Sequence record: SRR20825006_932
Reading direction: 5' to 3' (one strand)
Length of the DNA: 64,000 nucleotides
The notes beneath the pieces were generated by a model. It did no database searches, had not been told where the DNA came from, and was given only the letters and a program-made list of their open reading frames with translations. The translations under genes and the position numbers were made by a program. Below, in pieces: positions 58,101 through 64,000 of this stretch. How positions within the stretch are numbered: position 1 is the first letter of the stretch; the number at the start of each line of letters is the position of its first letter.

Positions 58101-61100
58101 CAGAATAACATTGAATTCTTAGAGTTTTGGGTACAAAGTATTCTGCCTGATGGAGAAGCTCCGACCGCGCAAGATGTACAAGATTATAATGGTACAATCT
58201 ATGTGGATCTAGGGATGGTTTCAGAGGATGTAGTTCCCAACTTTCGTCCAAACACAGAAGATGGCTTAGCAACAGAGCTAGATGATTTAGAGCGCGATAT
58301 ATCCAATCGTTCATACGTTCCTTCAATTACTCCAAAGCCCCTGGGTCAGTTTTCAAATGATAATAGAGACCTTGAAGATGTTGGCTTTGATGGAGTACCA
58401 AGTAAAGGCGGATTTACGGAAACTTTAAACGAACAATCGCTTTTCGAGACGTTTATAAACTCTATGAGATCTGCATACGGAGAAGAAAGTGAAGAATTCA
58501 AGAAAATTGAAGCAGACCCTTCGAATGATGACTATGTGTACTATGGTGAATCTAAAGTTAGTGATTTAAAACTTCACGAAAGGTTTCATAGGCTTAGAGG
58601 GTATCACGAGGGCAACACTCCAGTTTCTGGAGGGGAAAAACGCGCAATAACTCTTAAGCCAGATAAGGAAGGTTTAGTTACACCATCTAACATCCAACAG
58701 GCAAACTCATATTACCAATACGAGATTAAATACAACCCCGCAGACTTTAGTAAGCTAGAGGTAGGGACACCAGAGACCTATATTGTAGACAAAGTAGATG
58801 GTGGTGTGCAGGAAAGAACTTGGCGATTAGTTCGAATCCCATTAACTGAGTTTGCACGGAATGTTGGCGGGATAAGTGACTTTCAGAATATTTCTTATAT
58901 AAGAATATGGATGTCGGGCTATAAAAAGCCATTCACTTTACGATTTGCAACGCTTGAATTTGTTGGTAGCCAATGGCGTAAAGTCGATAACATTTCAGAG
59001 TCGGAAAATTCTACAGCCGATTTTAAAGTAAGTACAGTTAATATTGAGGAGAATGGAAGCCGTTCGCCCATTCCTTACCGTCAGCCTGAAGGTTCGATCC
59101 GATCCATTAATAGAGGCGCTCAAGTTCAGTCTTTAGCCAACGAGCAAAGCTTAGTATTACAAGCTAAAAACCTAGGGCCAGGTGAAATCATGATGGTTAA
59201 AAAGGTTTATGCTGGAGGCTTGAATTTTCTGAATTATTCAAATGTAAGGATGTTCGTTCATGGTGAGGGTTATGATAACCAAGGCGATGCTGAGCTCGTA
59301 ATTCGAATGGGGAGCGATTTAGAAAATGATTTTTATGAATATCGACAACCCGTAGTACCATCGGATCCTAATTATAATTATGGCACCTTCGATCCAAATG
59401 ATGGATCTCGATTAGATACCGAAGCCGAACAAGTATGGCTGTACGATCAAAATAGTATGAATATTATTGTTTCGGCTTTTAATGTGTTAAAGCAGGAACG
59501 GAATAGTAATGGAGCAGACCAAACGGTACTCTATGAGAAACCCGCTGAAGGTGGAGCTCCAGGAGCAATAATAGCGATAAAAGGAAATCCATCTTTAGAT
59601 AGAGTATCGGAACTCGCATTGGGTATTAAAAATCCTTTTGACGTTACTGGCACACAAGGCATATCATCCTTAAATGCAGAATTTTGGGTAAATGAATTAA
59701 GAGTATCAGGTTTTGATAATGAAAACGGATGGGCTGCAAATGCTAAAGCCAGCTTTAAACTAGCCGATTTTGCAACCGTAAATGCAAATATTAGTAGACA
59801 AACAAATGGTTTTGGGGGATTGGAATCGAGATTAGGACAACGAAGAGTGTCCGATCAAGAGGCTTACTCATTAAGCTCTACGGTAAATGTTCATAAACTT
59901 GTTCCCGATCGCTACGGATGGTCTTTCCCAGTTACTGTTTCTACCCGTAAGTCTACTTCCACCCCTAAATTTTTGCCCGACCAAGGAGATGTTCGTTTAG
60001 ATGATTTTATCGAATCCGTGAATATTCAAGATGTTTCTAGTAGTGAAAAACAGAACTTGATCGATGATAAAATTCATGATATTCAGACGATTAGCCAAAG
60101 TAATTCGTTAAATATATCGAACATATCTAAATCAAATTCCAAAGGTAAACTAGCCCAGTACACTATAGATAAACTAAAATTGAGTTATGTGTACAACGAA
60201 GGTTATGCAAGAAATCCACAGCTTCAATTTCAAAATAATTGGAATTACACAGCAGGCATTAACTATAATTTAAACTTCAAAAATGTAAAGTTATTTAGGC
60301 CATTTAAGTTTACCGAAAAAGTGCCTGTAGTTGGTACATTGGCATCGCTTCGATTTGGGTATATGCCATCAAGTATTTCTGCGTCAAGTTCGCTAATCAG
60401 AAATTATGACGAAAAGAGGCGGTTGATTCTCGGAAGCGAAGACCTTCAACCTATTCAACAAACGCATACATTTTCACAGAAATCAAATTTTGGATTGAAT
60501 TACAGCTTTATGCCAAGTGTTCTTACCTCATTTCGTAGTTCAACTAATTTTGATTTAAGTAGTGCCGGAATAGAATCTGCCGATGAAGAAGGCATTGATA
60601 GTTTGTCTTACCGTGTTAAGCCTACATTTGAAGTTATTAACGGCATTATTTCAGATACCTTATTGGCTAGAAGAACTAGTTATCAAGAAACTTATACAGC
60701 TAGTTGGCGTCCTAGAACTAACAATATAAAAGCGCTAGACTGGCTTACCTACTCAGCTTCGTATGGGGGAGGCTATCAGTGGAATAACTCACCTAGTGGA
60801 TCAAATTTAGGAGCTAAAGTTTCTAACACTTTCCAATTAGATAATACAGCAAAAATTAATGTAGAAAAGATTCTAAAAGGTATTTCCTTTATCGAAAAAA
60901 TTAGAGCGGCAGACACCAAAGAAACTAAGGAGCGGGGGATAAGTAAGAAGCCAAACTCCGAGGGTGGGGAAAAGGAAAAGGACAACATAGTTGAGGATGC
61001 AAGATATTTTGGACGCAAACTTTTTCTAAGTGTATTTAGTATGAATAGTCTAGATTTTGGCTACAAGAGAAGTAAATCTTCAAGCCAAGCAGGTTATAAT

Positions 61101-62381
61101 GGTGAATCACAGATTTATTACGCTTTTGGTGACCAAGGCTCTGGAACGTATTCACCGCCCATTGCCTACCGACTAGGTTTAGCGGAAGGAATTGGAAGAA
61201 GTCAGTTAATCAACAATATTGATGGGATAAGTAACATTCAGCTTCCAATTAATAACACCTACTCTGACAATTTAACTCTAGGAACTCGATTAAATCCTGT
61301 CAAGAACATAAGTGTTGATTTAGATTGGGGAACTAGTTGGCGTGAAAGCACTTCCGAGACGCTAAACCTAGGAACGGATAATTCGATTAACTCAGTTAAT
61401 TCGGCATCGGGAGAGATTACTTCATCCGTATGGGCGTTTGGAAATGGATACGGCAATTTTTTCAAATCTCAGCTATCAACCGCATTTGAAGATTTGAACG
61501 GAAATGAGATAAGTGATGCGAATGGTAATAACGATGGTCGGACTGTTTTAAATAGAACGACCTTACAAGAAGATTTTAGGAAAGCTTATTTAGGCAACGG
61601 AACAAGCGCTACTGGCGATAAGAACTTTACTCCGATCCCAAAACCAAATTGGAGAGTAACATGGCAAGGGGTAGAGAAGTTGATTCCAATTTTTGGAGAT
61701 AAAATGAGCAGAGCCTCTATAACACACGCTTATAAGGGAACATACCGATTAGGCTGGCAATTAAATACTTTAGATAACCAAGAAACCAACCAATCTCTAG
61801 GTGGCATTTTTACAGTGTATGATTTTAGAGATAAATATGAGCCGTCGGCAATTACAGTAGAACAGCGTTTTAGCCCATTAGTACAACTAAATATTACTTG
61901 GAAGTCAGCACTAAAAACCGATTTTGGTTTTGATCGTAGCCAAATAACCTCTCTCGCACTTTCAAGTAAAACTGTTACTGAGCGTGTATCAAAAGGATAT
62001 AAATTCAACTTAAATTACACATTCAGAAAAGTTAAGATTCCAATGTTTCCAAAAATTCGGAATAATATAGATTTGGCTGTTAACGGCTCTTATAGTGAGG
62101 ACAGTGATCAGAACTTTATACTTCCGAATGATCTTATAAAAGCGTTTAAAGATTACGATACTTTTGGTGACGATGTAAATCAATACGATTACGAACCTCA
62201 ATCTAAAACAGGACAAAAACGTATTAGTGGCTCTCTGGTAATTGGGTATAGAATTTCAACAACCATTACATCGAACTTTGAGTACACTTATAACCGTGTG
62301 ATACCAAACGGTTCTTCCACTCCTCCAAGAACGAATCAAGAAATTCGTTTCAACGTGAGAATACAAATTAGATCTAGATAG
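55170..62381 (+). CDS. sprA: Type IX secretion outer-membrane translocon SprA/Sov
   Basis: 2403 aa; G.IGDKL, FDFQN..K.EY.G.EDEII..IE.GNVS, IDDFEG, WGG, NIEFLEFW, VSEDV, IRIW, LRFA, W.NELR motifs; TTG start. Confidence 0.92.
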   Translation: MYLITKLFKSFLCVLILLFIAPKISYAQESPAVDSVAVIPDSALVGVKFFFPSPKSHFAQIRAKNAGHMYQLLAADDKVTVTWDTVSVFTIRRTISGEEVFLPSVVDAETYAELQKEVQNRALRLQLVEEGRKLETQGRGLLDFKIKVPGGENSAFTTIFGKPEVNLRVNGSANMNIGASIQKVESPNIPEDQQQTIDPTFNQNLQLNIEGTIGDKLTIATDWDTERQFDFQNRLKIEYKGYEDEIIKQIEMGNVSMETGNSLISGGGSLFGIKSIAEVGPLKFTSVISQQKGESNTQTITGGSQEIPFSLRPSEYDDDRHFFLDFYNRQLFEESVSNPQQLKIAYQVSELNVWIQDASASGTDADAVKAYTFVDLGVDDNGDGTFGLPGNARDGIDDELLDSLRSVPSINPDEFNLPGELIQEGYYKLLQRGIDYDFNEALGIISLKRRVGSNATLAISFIYKDPTTQQDIEVGDVIAKSSGYSYFKLLRPKNLDSGNKAWPLTLRNIYSLGVNNVTQDGLTLDLQVTRSNIGSDRISGRSTPLLQDLGLDRINTQGALTPDNLIDFGAITFDPSNGRIMFPYLEPFGSRMEELVADLPDDQSSLVFNELYVEKQSVAANVESDRFFNISGTSKGGLSSTFLLGAFSGIVEGSVHVYANGVELTQGTDYEVDFSFGSVTILNDRYLAAGQDIRIDYESNQFSVIGQKNFTGLRAEYEVNKDIKFGSTFFKLKEQPNSDKIRIGNEPINNTVLGLDASARFETPWITRFIDRIPLLQTKEASNLSLSGEFAQLRPGVSQTNAIRDAIDRNELYSDEESGLVFIDDFEGAEYSIPFNNPTRWNLPSAPAAVPGYAPDEVVFQSGSSASPASDLSSRIDRSDLRAQFSVYDIPRNVGNILGSVEGTPESRTVLIKEVFQGRETNNPQDEVINTLDVYYNPTERGPYNYNLDLKDVLENSPEKMWGGMTAVLPSGQEDLAQNNIEFLEFWVQSILPDGEAPTAQDVQDYNGTIYVDLGMVSEDVVPNFRPNTEDGLATELDDLERDISNRSYVPSITPKPLGQFSNDNRDLEDVGFDGVPSKGGFTETLNEQSLFETFINSMRSAYGEESEEFKKIEADPSNDDYVYYGESKVSDLKLHERFHRLRGYHEGNTPVSGGEKRAITLKPDKEGLVTPSNIQQANSYYQYEIKYNPADFSKLEVGTPETYIVDKVDGGVQERTWRLVRIPLTEFARNVGGISDFQNISYIRIWMSGYKKPFTLRFATLEFVGSQWRKVDNISESENSTADFKVSTVNIEENGSRSPIPYRQPEGSIRSINRGAQVQSLANEQSLVLQAKNLGPGEIMMVKKVYAGGLNFLNYSNVRMFVHGEGYDNQGDAELVIRMGSDLENDFYEYRQPVVPSDPNYNYGTFDPNDGSRLDTEAEQVWLYDQNSMNIIVSAFNVLKQERNSNGADQTVLYEKPAEGGAPGAIIAIKGNPSLDRVSELALGIKNPFDVTGTQGISSLNAEFWVNELRVSGFDNENGWAANAKASFKLADFATVNANISRQTNGFGGLESRLGQRRVSDQEAYSLSSTVNVHKLVPDRYGWSFPVTVSTRKSTSTPKFLPDQGDVRLDDFIESVNIQDVSSSEKQNLIDDKIHDIQTISQSNSLNISNISKSNSKGKLAQYTIDKLKLSYVYNEGYARNPQLQFQNNWNYTAGINYNLNFKNVKLFRPFKFTEKVPVVGTLASLRFGYMPSSISASSSLIRNYDEKRRLILGSEDLQPIQQTHTFSQKSNFGLNYSFMPSVLTSFRSSTNFDLSSAGIESADEEGIDSLSYRVKPTFEVINGIISDTLLARRTSYQETYTASWRPRTNNIKALDWLTYSASYGGGYQWNNSPSGSNLGAKVSNTFQLDNTAKINVEKILKGISFIEKIRAADTKETKERGISKKPNSEGGEKEKDNIVEDARYFGRKLFLSVFSMNSLDFGYKRSKSSSQAGYNGESQIYYAFGDQGSGTYSPPIAYRLGLAEGIGRSQLINNIDGISNIQLPINNTYSDNLTLGTRLNPVKNISVDLDWGTSWRESTSETLNLGTDNSINSVNSASGEITSSVWAFGNGYGNFFKSQLSTAFEDLNGNEISDANGNNDGRTVLNRTTLQEDFRKAYLGNGTSATGDKNFTPIPKPNWRVTWQGVEKLIPIFGDKMSRASITHAYKGTYRLGWQLNTLDNQETNQSLGGIFTVYDFRDKYEPSAITVEQRFSPLVQLNITWKSALKTDFGFDRSQITSLALSSKTVTERVSKGYKFNLNYTFRKVKIPMFPKIRNNIDLAVNGSYSEDSDQNFILPNDLIKAFKDYDTFGDDVNQYDYEPQSKTGQKRISGSLVIGYRISTTITSNFEYTYNRVIPNGSSTPPRTNQEIRFNVRIQIRSR

Positions 62382-63915
62382 ATTTCTTAAACTTTCGAAC
62401 TAGTAAAAACCCTGAAAAAGATAGAGTGAGAGCAAGGCAGAGATAAGAAAGCCAATCCCCATATTTGGTATAGAACGTACTTGTAGTAAGTGATGGAACA
62501 GTGAAAGTAAAACCTGTTCTAGTCCAGTATTCAGTTTTAGCTAAAATCTCACCTTGAGGATTAATAATACCAGAAAATCCATTATTAGCACTTCTTACCA
62601 CCCACCGGTTAAACTCTATTGCTCGTAATCTTGCATACGCAAAGTGCTGATGATGACCACTCGTATTTCCCCACCAACCATCGTTTGTTATAATGGTGAT
62701 AAATCCAGAGTTGTTATTTACAAACTCCCGAACCCAAGATGGATATACCGAATCATAGCACACTAATCCGCCTGTGATAAATGTATCTCCTAAAATTACT
62801 GTGGGCTCCGTCCCTTTTCCGAATCCAGAAATCTTTCCCCAATTCACCCAATCAAAAACATCAACAGTGGTGAAAAAGGATAAGAATGGAAAGCGCTCTA
62901 CAAAGGGCACTAAATTTGCTTTATTGTATTGGGAGACTGTTCCGTGTTCATCAATATATAAGGCAGCGTTAAAGATGTTATAAGCCTTTCCTTGTGTGGT
63001 GCCAAGGTATAAGTCTGGAGGAGTGTCGTAGAGCTGTATAATACCTGTTCCTGCAATAAAAGAAGCATTCCAAGCGCGTGCTGAGTCTGCAATTCTAGCA
63101 GTGACGCCAGATCTTTCATATATCTGACCATCAATCGCGTTTTCAGGCCAAACAATTAATCTAGTACTGGGCGTTTTTACTCTATAAGTTAGGGTAAAAA
63201 GACTATCTAGAACCTCGCCTAATCCATTCATTCCACCATAATCTTGATAAGAATCATGATTAGGTTGTATTACAGCGACTTCAGTTCCATTCTTTACAAT
63301 TTCTTGTGAGTTAATGGAAATCAAAAAAGAATAAAGAGGGAAAACAAACAACGAAGCCATCGCAAAAACTGCAGTTTTCAGTCGTTTGGTTTTTAGTGCT
63401 TGATAGGCCAAAGCACTTGTTAGTACCACCCAAAAAGTGATACCTAAATGGCCGGTTATGGATATGTATTGTATGAGTTGAATTTTATTCGCCCAAGCAT
63501 TGCCTAGCGCAAGCCACGGCCAAGATAGATCCCAATGATGGTGTAAATATTCGTATGAAACCCATGCAGCTGTTTGTAGAAGAGCGACAAGAATTGGGGA
63601 TTCATATTTCTTCGAAAAGATTCTAGCTAACACCAAAGGAATGGTCATTATCACGCTGTTAGCTAGAATTGCTGCAACTCCAGCTCCTAGACTTGCCATC
63701 AATAACCAATAAGTTGAAATAGCGTTCCAAACTACAAAGCCTACATAACTATAATAGGCTAATTGTTTGTTACTGTCTGCTTTATCAACAAGATGGAATA
63801 ACAAAAGAAAAGCTGGAAACGATAAAAACGATAAATTGACAGGAGGGAAGCTGAGGCCTAATAAAATACCTGTGGTAATAGAAATAGCCCACTTATTTTG
63901 GAGGAAGTTGCTCAT
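62374..63915 (-). CDS. lnt: Apolipoprotein N-acyltransferase
   Basis: Nitrilase triad WPE, YNKANLVPFVE, VCYDS; TNDGWWG, RAIE, RSANNG; 8-bp convergent overlap with sprA. Confidence 0.94.
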   Translation of the reverse strand: MSNFLQNKWAISITTGILLGLSFPPVNLSFLSFPAFLLLFHLVDKADSNKQLAYYSYVGFVVWNAISTYWLLMASLGAGVAAILANSVIMTIPLVLARIFSKKYESPILVALLQTAAWVSYEYLHHHWDLSWPWLALGNAWANKIQLIQYISITGHLGITFWVVLTSALAYQALKTKRLKTAVFAMASLFVFPLYSFLISINSQEIVKNGTEVAVIQPNHDSYQDYGGMNGLGEVLDSLFTLTYRVKTPSTRLIVWPENAIDGQIYERSGVTARIADSARAWNASFIAGTGIIQLYDTPPDLYLGTTQGKAYNIFNAALYIDEHGTVSQYNKANLVPFVERFPFLSFFTTVDVFDWVNWGKISGFGKGTEPTVILGDTFITGGLVCYDSVYPSWVREFVNNNSGFITIITNDGWWGNTSGHHQHFAYARLRAIEFNRWVVRSANNGFSGIINPQGEILAKTEYWTRTGFTFTVPSLTTSTFYTKYGDWLSYLCLALTLSFSGFLLVRKFKKSI

Positions 63916-64000
63916 TCTGTATAATCTTTACCTGCCACTACAACAGCGATTTCGCCTTTTATTGAATCTCGAGCGTCAAAAGTAATATGGAGCTCTTCAA
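63912..64000 (-). CDS. rsmI: 3' end of 16S rRNA C1402 2'-O-methyltransferase RsmI (partial)
   Basis: Manual translation EELHITFDARDSIKGEIAVVVAGKDYTE*. KGE.VVV.G is typical of the RsmI C-terminus. ATGA overlap with lnt. Confidence 0.65.
   Translation of the reverse strand, partial: EELHITFDARDSIKGEIAVVVAGKDYTE

Noticed and set aside
284-63985. Many 60-120 aa antisense or out-of-frame ORFs in the track (e.g. 4495-4818, 13694-14047, 57982-58326)
   Set aside because: They lie within well-supported genes and show no motifs; they are shadow ORFs.
1-64000. CRISPR arrays, tRNA/rRNA genes, defence systems
   Set aside because: No regularly spaced repeats, tRNA/rRNA signatures or recognisable defence genes were seen. 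The S1/P1 nuclease is exported, so it is unlikely to be an intracellular defence effector.

Overview
A densely coding, AT-rich bacterial chromosome segment from the Bacteroidota/FCB radiation. The combination of SprA, GldE, DUF3857 proteins, an MGQQQ-type pilin-like protein, Bacillus-type PurB and Lnt suggests Balneolota/Rhodothermota (inferred). It is mostly housekeeping: miaB-pyrE-pgpA-pgsA, cinA-porin-ftsX, fur, acyl-CoA synthetase, iscS, pgk, ssb-gldE-murB, amtB, purB, a CLC protein, a split menaquinone cluster (menFDHB / menACE), type II glutamine synthetase, csaA, a cysteine/cystathionine synthase, lptFG, sprA, lnt and the 3' end of rsmI. I found no rRNA, tRNA, CRISPR array, integrase or transposase. 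The strongest direct observation is a 51-bp duplicate of the purB 3' end. It encodes the identical peptide with only synonymous changes and brackets a lipoprotein gene, which looks like an integrase-free islet inserted by 3'-end replacement. Other leads are a DUF3857-transglutaminase trio (two Cys-less, one catalytic) split by an S1/P1 nuclease, a nearly leaderless pilin-like gene near sprA, tandem LacI-type operators between amtB and purB, amtB paired with an outer-membrane barrel but no PII gene, and a probable 6S RNA 3' half at the left edge. Product calls come from motif recognition only; no database searches were run.
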